Below, one piece after another: positions 18,530-27,643 of a stretch of DNA of 64,000 nucleotides. Below the pieces are notes generated by a model. It searched no databases. It saw nothing but the letters and a program-made list of their open reading frames with translations, and was not told the origin of the DNA. The stretch lies in contig WJIZ01000044.1 of assembly GCA_014729995.1 (NCBI GenBank), forward strand, positions 14,330 to 78,329. The letters run 5' to 3'. How positions within the stretch are numbered: position 1 is the stretch's first letter; the number at the start of each line of letters is the position of its first letter. The stretch is from Candidatus Woesearchaeota archaeon. Lineage in GTDB: Archaea > Nanobdellota > Nanobdellia > Woesearchaeales > WJIZ01. A program made the translations under genes and the position numbers.

Positions 18530-19787
18530 TCTTTAATTTAATTTTAGCTCCCATCGCATTCATCTTCTCAACGAAGGCGGGAAAGCTCACATCGATGTTT
18601 CTCGCATTCTTAATTACTGTCTCCCCTTCCGCACCCATGCCTGCGCAGGCAAGGGCCATTATAACACGATGGTCATTATAGCCATTAACTGCCGCTCCTT
18701 TTAGCATTGACTGGTTTATTTCCAGTCCGTCCTTAAGCTCCCTGACAACAGCACCCATCTTCCTTAGTTCAGAACACATTGCTTTGATTCTGTCACATTC
18801 CTTTATCCTTGCCTGGGGGACATTTCTGATAACTGTCTCTCCGGAAGCAAAACAGCCTATAACAGCAAGCGCAGGAAGCATATCAGGATAAGCATTAAGG
18901 TCAACGTCAATGCCCCTAAGTTGTTTTATGTCTACTGCAATCTCCCTGTCCCTTACAGAAATATGCCCGCCCATATCTTCAATAAAACCTATAATCCTCT
19001 TATCGCCTTGTGTATCCTTTATTGACAGCCCCTTCAAGACAACTTTGGATTTCACCGCTGCTGCAGCACAGATAGGAAAAGCGGATGCTGACCAGTCGGC
19101 AGGGATTGCCTTCCTGAAATTCTTATATCTCTGATTGCCCTCGACGATGAATTCATTCATGCCTTTCCTTCTGTATTTAATGCCCTGCTCATCCAGCCAG
19201 CTGAGAGTCATTTCAACATAGGGAATTTCATTAAGCCTGCTGACACTAATCACCGTTCTCTGCCCGGCAAGGGGCGTTGAAAGCAGCAGGCTGGTAAGAT
19301 ATTGGGAGCTTTCTCCTGTTATCCTTGTCCTTCCTCCAGCTATCCTTCCTCTTACCTTAATAGGCGCGCATCCTTTTCTTGATTCGGCTTTGGCACCGAG
19401 CTCATTCAGAGAATCAATCAAAGGCTGCATTGGCCTTTTTCTTATGGAGGAGTCCCCGTCCAGGATAAATTCACCTTCCTGCAGGCCCGCCACTCCCGTC
19501 ATTATCCTTAATGTAGTGCCTGAATTGCCTACATATATTTTTCCCGGATTTATATTACCCCCGGTTCCCTTAACTACTATGCTTTTATTTTTCTTCTTAA
19601 CCCTTGCTCCCATTAAGATTATTGCATTCAAGGCTGACTCGCAGTCTCCATGCAGCAGCGGATTTTTAATAATGGATTTGCCTTCTGCCAATAAGGCTAT
19701 AGTCAGTCCTCTTATAGTATGCGACTTAGAAGGTGGCAGTTCTATTTCTCCGTGCAAATTCTCAACCTTTTTGCTTGCCAATATCAT
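18519..19787 (-). CDS. aroA: 3-phosphoshikimate 1-carboxyvinyltransferase (EPSP synthase)
   Basis: LPPSKSHTIRGL, GNSGTTLR and DHRVIMALA motifs. Confidence 0.95.
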   Translation of the reverse strand: MILASKKVENLHGEIELPPSKSHTIRGLTIALLAEGKSIIKNPLLHGDCESALNAIILMGARVKKKNKSIVVKGTGGNINPGKIYVGNSGTTLRIMTGVAGLQEGEFILDGDSSIRKRPMQPLIDSLNELGAKAESRKGCAPIKVRGRIAGGRTRITGESSQYLTSLLLSTPLAGQRTVISVSRLNEIPYVEMTLSWLDEQGIKYRRKGMNEFIVEGNQRYKNFRKAIPADWSASAFPICAAAAVKSKVVLKGLSIKDTQGDKRIIGFIEDMGGHISVRDREIAVDIKQLRGIDVDLNAYPDMLPALAVIGCFASGETVIRNVPQARIKECDRIKAMCSELRKMGAVVRELKDGLEINQSMLKGAAVNGYNDHRVIMALACAGMGAEGETVIKNARNIDVSFPAFVEKMNAMGAKIKLKNES

Positions 19788-20848
19788 CTTCTTAGCTGCT
19801 TCTGCGAAATATAGGCATCTGCAATAACAATAGCCGCCATACTCTCAATTACCGGGATAATCCTCGGGCATAAGCAGGGATCGTGCCTTCCCTTTATGGA
19901 TATCTTTCTCCTGTTTCCTTTAGAGTCAACAGTAAGTTGCTCTTTCTTTATGGATGATGCAGGCTTCACCGCTATCCTGAAAACAATATCCTCTCCTGTA
20001 GAAATTCCCCCTAAAATGCCCCCTGCATTGTTGGTTTTCATTCTGACCCTGCCCTTCCTGTAATCAAAGAGGTCATTGTTTTCAGAGCCTTTCAGCTTAG
20101 CAGCCTTAAATCCTTTTCCGAATTCAATTGCCTTCACCCCTCCTATGGATAATGCTGCCTTAGCAAGTTCCGCATCCAGCTTGTCAAAGACAGGCTCCCC
20201 GAGGCCTGCAGGGCAGTTTCTGATAACAACCTCAACTATGCCTCCTATAGAATCTCCTTCTTTCTTAACTCTGAGTATCTCTCTCTCCATAAGCTTGGCA
20301 GCTTTATTATCCGGGCATTTCACTCCGTTCTTTTCAATTTCAGCATAATCTATCTTGTCAGCCCTTATATCGCCTATCTGTAGGGTGTACCCAATTACCT
20401 TTATTCTCCCTTTTTTAAGTATCTTTCTTGCCAGCGCGCCCGCCGCCACTCTGCCCAATGTTTCCCTTCCTGAGGCTCTTCCCCCCCCTCTGTAATCCCT
20501 TATCCCATATTTCTTAAGAAAGGTAAAATCAGCATGGCCCGGCCTGAAAATATCTTTAAACCCTTCATAATCTCTGCTTCTTATATCCTTATTCCTGACA
20601 ATCATGCAGATAGGGTGTCCTGTTGTTTTTCCTCTAAAAATTCCGGAGAGTATCTCTACCCTATCCTTTTCTCTTCTCGGGCTGGAGATCCTGCTGCTGC
20701 CAGGCCTTCTCCTGTCAAGCTCTTTCTGTATCTCTGGCTCGCTTATTTTAATTCCCGGCTTCAAACCTTCTATAACAACACCTACTGCTTCGCCGTGAGA
20801 CTCACCAAAAGTGACTATCCTAAAATTCCTGCCAAAACAACTGCTCAT
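19784..20848 (-). CDS. aroC: Chorismate synthase
   Basis: FGESHG, RPGHADF and GGGRASGRETLGRV motifs. Confidence 0.95.
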   Translation of the reverse strand: MSSCFGRNFRIVTFGESHGEAVGVVIEGLKPGIKISEPEIQKELDRRRPGSSRISSPRREKDRVEILSGIFRGKTTGHPICMIVRNKDIRSRDYEGFKDIFRPGHADFTFLKKYGIRDYRGGGRASGRETLGRVAAGALARKILKKGRIKVIGYTLQIGDIRADKIDYAEIEKNGVKCPDNKAAKLMEREILRVKKEGDSIGGIVEVVIRNCPAGLGEPVFDKLDAELAKAALSIGGVKAIEFGKGFKAAKLKGSENNDLFDYRKGRVRMKTNNAGGILGGISTGEDIVFRIAVKPASSIKKEQLTVDSKGNRRKISIKGRHDPCLCPRIIPVIESMAAIVIADAYISQKQLRR

Positions 20849-21360
20849 TCCATCACCTTAATAATCTCATCCAGTATATCTTCATAGGATAAATTATCGC
20901 AAATAATGATATCATCGGCCACTGTTTTATACAGCAAATCTCTTTTTTTAAACAGGGTTTCAAAACTCTCCCGGGGATTATCACTGTCCATGAAAGGGGG
21001 CAGGCCCTGGTTCTCGATCCTTGAGAATAAAATATCCTTGTTGTTAAAAAGATAAATTACTTTTCCTAATCTCTTAATCCTGCTGCGGTTCTTTTCACTC
21101 TCCACCGCTCCCCCTCCCACAGCCAAAACAGTGTTTTCTGTCTTGATTGCATTAAGGGCATTTTTCTCTAATTCCCGAAAATACCTTTCCCCGTATTTAT
21201 TGAATATTTCCCTGCAGTTGATATTCTCCCTTTTTTCCTCGTCATGAAGCTGGACGATATAGCTGTCCAAATCAATAAAATCCATGCCCGTCCTTTTACT
21301 TAGTTTTCTTCCTATCGTGCTTTTTCCTGCAGCCTTGAACCCTATCAGGATTATATTCAT
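20845..21360 (-). CDS. aroK: Shikimate kinase, P-loop AroK/AroL (bacterial) type
   Basis: IILIGFKAAGKSTIGRKLSK..MDFIDLD, GERYFRELE and LAVGGGAV match the NMP-kinase-fold AroK pattern, not the GHMP-type archaeal kinase. Confidence 0.85.
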   Translation of the reverse strand: MNIILIGFKAAGKSTIGRKLSKRTGMDFIDLDSYIVQLHDEEKRENINCREIFNKYGERYFRELEKNALNAIKTENTVLAVGGGAVESEKNRSRIKRLGKVIYLFNNKDILFSRIENQGLPPFMDSDNPRESFETLFKKRDLLYKTVADDIIICDNLSYEDILDEIIKVME

Positions 21361-22829
21361 TGTGCAACATACTCCAGTGCCCTTTTCTCCATAAAATTCA
21401 GGTCCGGTTTCAACCCGGTAAACAGCTCATATTGCTTAGCAGCCTGATGAGCAAACATCTTTATGCCCGAGATTATTCTGCAGCCGTTCCTTTCAGCATT
21501 ATCCAGCATTTTGGTAATCAATGGGTTGTATATGGCATCAAAAACGACCATGTCCCTAAGATATTTTGATTCAACCGGAGATTCATTTATCTTTGGGGCC
21601 ATACCGATGGATGTAGCATTGATAAGCAAGTCCGCCTCCCGCCACTTTATTTCTTCCTTTTTCCTGAATTCTGCCCGCAGCTCCTTGGCGAGCCTTATGC
21701 CTTTATCCTCTGACCTATTATTTATGGTCAGTCTAGCGCCTTTCTCCATCAGGCCGTATCCTATTGCTTTTGCCGCGCCACCGGCCCCAATTATCACAAC
21801 ATTCTTGTTCTTAATGTCTATAGCCTCTTCTATAGCCCGCAATGCTCCGTAAGCATCTGTATTATAGCCTTTCAGCCTGCCGCCCGAAATAACAACAGTA
21901 TTAACCGCGCCTATCTTCTCTGCTGCGGCATCCGCCTCATCAAGATACTGCATAATAGCTTCCTTATACGGCATGGTTACACTGAAACCATTTAGCATTC
22001 CCCTAAAATTGCGGATAAAGCTCCCCAAATCATCAGCAGGAAAATTAATATAAACTGCATTCTGCTCATGCTTCTTCAGCATAAGGTTATGCACTATATA
22101 GCCTCTGCTCTCTGAAACTGGATTGCCCACTAAGCCAAATATCTTTAGGCCCTCTTTTTTAAGCTTATCAGCTCTATAAAGCCTTTTGAGGTGTTCCGCT
22201 TTGATCTGGCCGTGGGCTGTCCTCTTGTTTAAATATCCATAGCTCAGCAAAGAGCCGTAAGCAATCCCCAGAATCCTTGACATCCCTCCTTTATCTCCCA
22301 TACAATGGCCAATAATGTTAAATTTTTCTCTCCTTGAGCATTCTAATAAAGAAAGTATTCTTAGATTATCATTGAGGGAATTTGCTTTGCATGCAATTTT
22401 CACTATATCGGCTCTTGTTTTCCTCATTTTATTGCAAATATCAGATATGTCTGCAGGCAACTCATTAAAATTATGATAAGAAACGATTAATTTTCTGTTC
22501 CTGTTCTCTGCCAGGTCAGACAAACCGGAAATTACATCTTCGCCTGAACTATATTCTATATCAGCATAATCAGCTCCTTTTTTCAGGCATTCCCGGATAA
22601 TGCTAATGCGTTTGCTTTCCGTATCCTTAAATCCCCCTCCCTCTGCCTCTTTCCTGCAGGTTAAAATTAGGGGGCATGGCTTCTTTGATATGATTTCATC
22701 TATATCAGAAAAATCAAGGTCAGAAATGTAATCAAGCCTTATTTCCACAGCATCGGCTTTTCTCGATGCAATCATCATTTCTTCTAGGGCTTTTTCTTTA
22801 TCATCTGCTGCCACAGAACAGCATATCAT
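21357..22829 (-). CDS. aroD/aroE: Bifunctional 3-dehydroquinate dehydratase (type I) / shikimate 5-dehydrogenase fusion
   Basis: The N-terminal ~225 aa are AroD-like (DAVEIRLDYI...ILTCR...SYHNF). The C-terminal ~260 aa are AroE-like (GLVGNPVSES, SVTMPYK, NTD, IIGAGGAAKA Rossmann). Confidence 0.85.
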   Translation of the reverse strand: MICCSVAADDKEKALEEMMIASRKADAVEIRLDYISDLDFSDIDEIISKKPCPLILTCRKEAEGGGFKDTESKRISIIRECLKKGADYADIEYSSGEDVISGLSDLAENRNRKLIVSYHNFNELPADISDICNKMRKTRADIVKIACKANSLNDNLRILSLLECSRREKFNIIGHCMGDKGGMSRILGIAYGSLLSYGYLNKRTAHGQIKAEHLKRLYRADKLKKEGLKIFGLVGNPVSESRGYIVHNLMLKKHEQNAVYINFPADDLGSFIRNFRGMLNGFSVTMPYKEAIMQYLDEADAAAEKIGAVNTVVISGGRLKGYNTDAYGALRAIEEAIDIKNKNVVIIGAGGAAKAIGYGLMEKGARLTINNRSEDKGIRLAKELRAEFRKKEEIKWREADLLINATSIGMAPKINESPVESKYLRDMVVFDAIYNPLITKMLDNAERNGCRIISGIKMFAHQAAKQYELFTGLKPDLNFMEKRALEYVAQ

Positions 22830-23911
22830 TTAATTTCACCCAATGCTTTACTGACAATTTCATTGCTGGCTTCGAAATCTATTTCCGCAGCCCCTATCTT
22901 CCTCGGCAATACGTATCTCACTTTCGCTCCGGTATTTTTCTTATCATGCCTTGTGTTATCAATTATATTTCCGGTCTCCTCATCAGAAAGGCCTGTTTTG
23001 AATCCCGCTTTTCTTATGAGCCCGTATATCTTTCCTGCTTCCAATTGGTTAATAACACCCATTTCCTCAGAAATCTTTGTCTCTGCAACCATGCCTATAG
23101 CAACAGCAGCACCATGGCTTATTCCATAACTCCTGGATTTCTCGACAGCATGCCCTATGGTATGGCCGAAATTAAGCATCTTTCTCAGGGAAGCTTCTTC
23201 TTCATCCTGCTCTACTATCTTTTTCTTCAATATGCAGCTCCATTTGACAGCCTTTGTCAGAATATCTCCATGTAATGCAAGAATATTCTCTATGTAATCA
23301 TTCAAGAAATAAAAATATTTTCTGTCCAGGATTATAGCATGCTTTATCATCTCAGCCACGCCGTTGAGGATTTCCTGCCTGCTCAGGCTGTTCAATGTAT
23401 TCACATCGACAAAAACTTTTTTAGGTTGATAAAATGTGCCGATTAGATTCTTGCCTGCAGAAGTATTCACTGCTGTCTTTCCACCGATGCTGCTGTCCAC
23501 CATAGCGAGCAAAGTTGTAGGCACTTGAGTATAGAATATTCCGCGCATATATGTAGAAGCTACAAATCCTGCAATATCTCCTACAACTCCTCCGCCCAGT
23601 GCAATTATTAGCCCGTCTCTTTCCATACCGCTGGAAATAAGGATATCTTCTATCTTTTCCTTGGTCTGCCTGTTCTTATTTATTTCGCCCGCAGGGAAGC
23701 TAATCAACATAGCATCCATATTTTTTTGCTTAAGCATAGATAAGAAATTATTTCCATAAAGCTCTTTCACGTTGGAATCAGTAATTACAGCTATTTTCCC
23801 TATGTTCAGGTTGGCTAATCCATCTGTAATTTGGGGAAAAATATCCCTGCCTATAATTATATCATAAGAATCATCAATACGCTTAGCCAAGCTTAGCCTT
23901 ATCCTGTCCAT
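22826..23911 (-). CDS. aroB: 3-dehydroquinate synthase (canonical AroB type)
   Basis: LGGGVVGDIAGFVASTYMRGI, VDSSIGGKTAVN and FGHTIGHAVE motifs. Confidence 0.9.
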   Translation of the reverse strand: MDRIRLSLAKRIDDSYDIIIGRDIFPQITDGLANLNIGKIAVITDSNVKELYGNNFLSMLKQKNMDAMLISFPAGEINKNRQTKEKIEDILISSGMERDGLIIALGGGVVGDIAGFVASTYMRGIFYTQVPTTLLAMVDSSIGGKTAVNTSAGKNLIGTFYQPKKVFVDVNTLNSLSRQEILNGVAEMIKHAIILDRKYFYFLNDYIENILALHGDILTKAVKWSCILKKKIVEQDEEEASLRKMLNFGHTIGHAVEKSRSYGISHGAAVAIGMVAETKISEEMGVINQLEAGKIYGLIRKAGFKTGLSDEETGNIIDNTRHDKKNTGAKVRYVLPRKIGAAEIDFEASNEIVSKALGEIK

Positions 23912-24925
23912 TCATATCTTTCTCTCATTTATTCTGGCAATTTTCTTTAGGTCCTGCATTAGTTTCCTGAATTCTCCCGTACTGATAGTTTGGTCTGCAT
24001 CAACTATTGATTTCTCCGGGTGCGTATGCGTCTCCAATAACAGGCCGTCTGCCCCTGCAGCTATCGCAGCCTTTGACATGGTGCATACTAGGCTTCTTTT
24101 TCCTGTTCCGTGGCTTGGGTCAACCACAACAGGAAGGTGGGTAAGCTGCTTCAGCGCAGGAACAGCAGCAATGTCCAGTGTATTCCTCGTGTACCTCTCA
24201 AAAGTCTTTATTCCGCGTTCACATAATATCACTTCTCTGTTGCCCTGGGACATAATATACTCCGCCGCTAAAAGGAACTCATCATATGTTGCTGCCATGC
24301 CTCTCTTCAAAAGCACAGGCTTGTTTATCCTGCCTGCTTCCTTCAGCAGTGCATAATTCTGCATATTTCTTGTTCCTATCTGCAGTATGTCAGCATGCTT
24401 GCTTACAAGTTTAACATCCCTCGGATCCATGACTTCTGTAATTATTTTCAGCCCTGTTTTTTTTCTTGTTTTTGAAAGAAATTTAAGCCCCTTCTCGGCA
24501 AGCCCCTGGAAGTTATAAGGCCCTGTTCTCGGCTTAAATGCTCCGCCGCGCAGCACCCTTGCACCGCTTTTCTTCACTGAATATGCAATATCCAGAAGCT
24601 TCTTCTCACTCTCAACAGCACAAGGCCCGGCCATTATTATGATATCCTTGCCGCCAAATACTAAATCACCTACCCTTACTTTGCTTGGCTTCTTCTTCGC
24701 TTCCTTGCTGACCAGTTTGTAAGGCTTCAGCACATCCATGACATTCTCTACATCTGATATGGCCTGGAGTGCATCTTTATGCAGTATCCTCTCATCACCG
24801 ATTACAGCTACTACTGTTCTCTCTGTGCCATACAGAGGGACTGGTTTTAAGTTTGATTGCTTCACAAGCTCTATAACATCCTTGACAGACTTTTTCTTTG
24901 CCCCCCTCTTCATTACGATTATCAT
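23912..24925 (-). CDS. aroF: DAHP synthase, type I-beta, with an N-terminal ferredoxin-like regulatory domain
   Basis: Core motifs GPCAVES, RGGAFKPRTGPYNFQGL and DPSH. The N-terminal ~70 aa (MIIVMKRGAKKK...TVVAVIGDE...VLKPYKLVS) resemble the Thermotoga-type FL domain. Confidence 0.9.
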   Translation of the reverse strand: MIIVMKRGAKKKSVKDVIELVKQSNLKPVPLYGTERTVVAVIGDERILHKDALQAISDVENVMDVLKPYKLVSKEAKKKPSKVRVGDLVFGGKDIIIMAGPCAVESEKKLLDIAYSVKKSGARVLRGGAFKPRTGPYNFQGLAEKGLKFLSKTRKKTGLKIITEVMDPRDVKLVSKHADILQIGTRNMQNYALLKEAGRINKPVLLKRGMAATYDEFLLAAEYIMSQGNREVILCERGIKTFERYTRNTLDIAAVPALKQLTHLPVVVDPSHGTGKRSLVCTMSKAAIAAGADGLLLETHTHPEKSIVDADQTISTGEFRKLMQDLKKIARINERKI

Positions 24926-25869
24926 TCTCGCCCGCCCTTGTTTATAACAGAAACAGCTTTTTCATAGATAGCCTCTGACGTCAGGCCATATTTCTCATAA
25001 AGCTGCATTGGTCTGCCGGACTCGCCAAATTTGTCGTTTATCCCAATCTTGTTTACTTTGCATGGAAATTTGTCACAAAGCAGCTCTTGTACCGCACTTC
25101 CCATGCCGCCTATCACATTATGGTCTTCACAAGTGATTACTCTGCCGGTTTTCTTCACAGATTTTACTACCAGCCCACTATCCAGGGGCTTTATTGTATG
25201 TATATTTATGACCTCCGCAGAAACATCTTTCTTCTCAAGCTTTTCAGCAGCCTGAAGCGCTTCGTAGACCAGCGCTCCCGTAGCAAATATAGTTATATCC
25301 CTGCCTTTCCTTAGCAAATCGCCTTTCCCTAACCTAAACTTATAATTTTCTTTATGGAATATGGGCAGCTTAGCCCTTCCCAATCTTAGGTATACTGCCC
25401 CCTTGTATTTCGCAATTTCTTTGGTTGCTTTTTCTGCTTCAATAAAGTCGGCCGGCTGCACAACAGCCATACCAGGAATGGCCCTTAACATAGATATGTC
25501 CTCCAAAGACTGGTGGCTTGCTCCGTCCTCACCGGTAAGCAGGCCTGCATGTGATCCTATAATCTTTATATTAAGCTTTGAAATTCCCGCATGCAGCCTG
25601 ATCTGTGCATATCCGTTTCCAGTGATAAATACCGCAAAGGAGCAGGCAAAAGGAATCTTGCCTGATGCTGCCATCCCGGCTGCGGTCCCTATCATATCTT
25701 GTTCCGCGATGCCCATATTAAAAAATCTGTCAGGGTATTTTTCCCTGAATTTTGCCGACCTTGTAGACTCGCTTAAATCAGCATCAAGCACAACTATGTT
25801 CTTATCCCTGCCTATTGCGGCTATGGCCTTGCCAAATCCGTCTCTTGAAGCTTTCTTATCCGTCATCAT
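24922..25869 (-). CDS. tkt: Transketolase, C-terminal (pyrimidine-binding) subunit
   Basis: ASRDGFGKAI...VLDADLSESTR...FNMGIAEQDMIGTAAG. ATG at 25869 (the ORF track uses the TTG at 25884). Overlaps the end of the N-terminal subunit. Confidence 0.9.
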   Translation of the reverse strand: MMTDKKASRDGFGKAIAAIGRDKNIVVLDADLSESTRSAKFREKYPDRFFNMGIAEQDMIGTAAGMAASGKIPFACSFAVFITGNGYAQIRLHAGISKLNIKIIGSHAGLLTGEDGASHQSLEDISMLRAIPGMAVVQPADFIEAEKATKEIAKYKGAVYLRLGRAKLPIFHKENYKFRLGKGDLLRKGRDITIFATGALVYEALQAAEKLEKKDVSAEVINIHTIKPLDSGLVVKSVKKTGRVITCEDHNVIGGMGSAVQELLCDKFPCKVNKIGINDKFGESGRPMQLYEKYGLTSEAIYEKAVSVINKGGRE

Positions 25870-26680
25870 TAATCCCCTGGTCAAGATCTTTGAGGCATCC
25901 TTTAAGCTCTTCTGGAGTGCATGCCTTGCCGTGCCATTCCGCTTTATTTTCCATGCAGCAAATTCCCTTTCCTTTTATAGTATGGCAGATTATCATAGTA
26001 GGCTTGCCTTTTATAGAATCAGCTTTGTCCAGCGCCTCTTTGATTTGATTAAAATCATGCCCGTCTATTTCCATAGTATGCCAGCCGAATGCCTCCCATT
26101 TCTCCCTGATTGGCTTGATATTCATCACTTCTTCATTAAAGCCGTCTATCTGGAGGTTATTATTATCAAGAATTCCTGTTAGGTTATCTAGCTTATAATG
26201 CGAAGAAGTCATAGCAGCTTCCCATACTTGTCCTTCCTGTATCTCCCCATCGCCAAGCATCACATAAACCTTGTATTTTTTCCTGTCTGTTTTTCCCGCT
26301 AAAGCAATGCCGTTGGCAAAGCTCAATCCCTGTCCCAAGGGCCCTGTAGATGCCTCAACGCCCGGGCACCTTGCCATTTCCGGATGGCCCTGAAGCATAC
26401 TCCCCATTTTCCTTAGATTCATTAATTCCTTTCTTGGGAAATAGCCCGAATGCGCCAGTACAGAATATAATGCAGGGGCAGCATGCCCCTTGCTTAGCAC
26501 AAACCTGTCCCTGTCGGGCCAGTTGGGCTTTTTAGGATCGTGTCTCAGTTTATAAAAATACAAAGCTGTCATGATATCCGTAGCAGATAAGCTTCCTCCG
26601 GGATGCCCCGAGCCTGCTTCTGTAGTAATCCTTAATATGTCTAATCTTATCTCTTTCGCAATTGCGTGAAGTTGTTTCAT
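25856..26680 (-). CDS. tkt: Transketolase, N-terminal (TPP-binding) subunit
   Basis: SGHPGGSLSATDI, DRFVLSKGHAAPALY and GDGEIQEGQVWEA motifs. Confidence 0.9.
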   Translation of the reverse strand: MKQLHAIAKEIRLDILRITTEAGSGHPGGSLSATDIMTALYFYKLRHDPKKPNWPDRDRFVLSKGHAAPALYSVLAHSGYFPRKELMNLRKMGSMLQGHPEMARCPGVEASTGPLGQGLSFANGIALAGKTDRKKYKVYVMLGDGEIQEGQVWEAAMTSSHYKLDNLTGILDNNNLQIDGFNEEVMNIKPIREKWEAFGWHTMEIDGHDFNQIKEALDKADSIKGKPTMIICHTIKGKGICCMENKAEWHGKACTPEELKGCLKDLDQGINDDG

Positions 26681-26699
26681 TTTATTTGGCTGTATTCTT

Positions 26700-26730
26700 T
26701 CCTTGTTTATAATTTTTTATAAATTATAAC
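26700..26730 (-). promoter_or_regulatory. Putative TATA/BRE region for the tkt-aro-phe block
   Basis: On the minus strand, tttataaaaaattataaa lies about 26-47 nt upstream of the tkt ATG at 26680. Confidence 0.35.
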
Positions 26731-26744
26731 ATAAATGAACCGTA

Positions 26745-26765
26745 GTCTGCCAGAAAAAGGCAGAC
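26745..26765 (-). terminator. Hairpin between the trmB-like gene and the tkt promoter
   Basis: gtctgcc / ggcagac forms a 7-bp stem with a 7-nt loop. On the minus strand the loop is T-rich and an A/T-rich tract follows. Confidence 0.35.
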
Positions 26766-26830
26766 CTTACAGAAAATAAAAATTGCAAAAAGAAGGGAAA
26801 AAAAATTTTGAAAAACTTTGTTTAGTCATT

Positions 26831-27643
26831 TTATTTCTTTGCACTTACAGCCTTCATCTCTTTCCATGCCAAATCAAACAATGTTTCCATGGCAGCTGCA
26901 AAGAATGGCGTATTCACCCAGATTCCAACGTCATATGTAGGGTGTACATCCTCATCATGCATAACCATAAAGATTATTTCCTTCCCGTCTACAAGGATAA
27001 ATCTCGCATTCACCGGAGTATTTCTTATTTCAGCCACTCCCTGCAGGTCTTTTACCGCATCCTTATTATCCTTGGTAAGTGGAGCAGCTATCCTTATCTT
27101 AACTCCTCTTTTCTTTAGCTTCTCCAGAGTCGGCTTAAGCCCCTCTACCTTCCTTACCAGCCCCTGTCCTGTTGTCATTATGACTATACTTTCTTCTGCA
27201 TCCCTTATAGTCAGCTCCATGTGGTTATACAGGTTATGCCTGCCTCTGATGCTGCCTGAAAGGTCGCTTGGCTCAACAAGTTCAACACCCTGTTTATGTA
27301 GGGAATTCAGCTCTTGGATAACATCAGTGCCCTTTAATTCTTCCAGCCGCTTTATTTGATCCTTAGCATCATTCTGGACATTTTTCTTTACTCTCTCAAG
27401 AACCTCACTGGGCTCTACTGCAATATATTTTATGGGCTTGCCTAATTTCATCACTACAAAGCCCTTTTTTTCTAAGCTCTCCAGGACATCATAACTTCTC
27501 GACCGTGGAACATTAGCTATATCACTAAGCTCCCCTGCTGTTGAAACCCCCCTGGAAAGCAAAGCGCTCCAGATTTTTACTTCATATAGATTCAGCCCGA
27601 AATATCTGCGAAGCTTGCTTAAAAATTCATCTTTTACAATCAT
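26831..27643 (-). CDS. trmB: TrmB-family transcriptional regulator (paralog 1)
   Basis: LYEVKIWSALLSRGVSTAGELSDIANVPRSRSYDVLESLEKKGFV is the TrmB wHTH, followed by a C-terminal TrmB-type domain. ATG at 27643 is preceded by GGGGGGTGA. Confidence 0.85.
   Translation of the reverse strand: MIVKDEFLSKLRRYFGLNLYEVKIWSALLSRGVSTAGELSDIANVPRSRSYDVLESLEKKGFVVMKLGKPIKYIAVEPSEVLERVKKNVQNDAKDQIKRLEELKGTDVIQELNSLHKQGVELVEPSDLSGSIRGRHNLYNHMELTIRDAEESIVIMTTGQGLVRKVEGLKPTLEKLKKRGVKIRIAAPLTKDNKDAVKDLQGVAEIRNTPVNARFILVDGKEIIFMVMHDEDVHPTYDVGIWVNTPFFAAAMETLFDLAWKEMKAVSAKK

Noticed and set aside
24716-24925. N-terminal extension of DAHP synthase, considered as a fused chorismate mutase (as in Bacillus AroA(G))
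   Set aside because: The sequence (MIIVMKRG...ERTVVAVIGDE...VLKPYKLVS) has a beta-alpha-beta pattern like the Thermotoga ferredoxin-like regulatory domain, not an all-helical AroQ fold.
25361-26182. 273-aa ORF on the + strand
   Set aside because: It is entirely antisense to the two transketolase subunit genes, which have clear family motifs. Its translation is low-complexity (S/L/P/A/F-rich) with no motif, so it is a typical shadow ORF.
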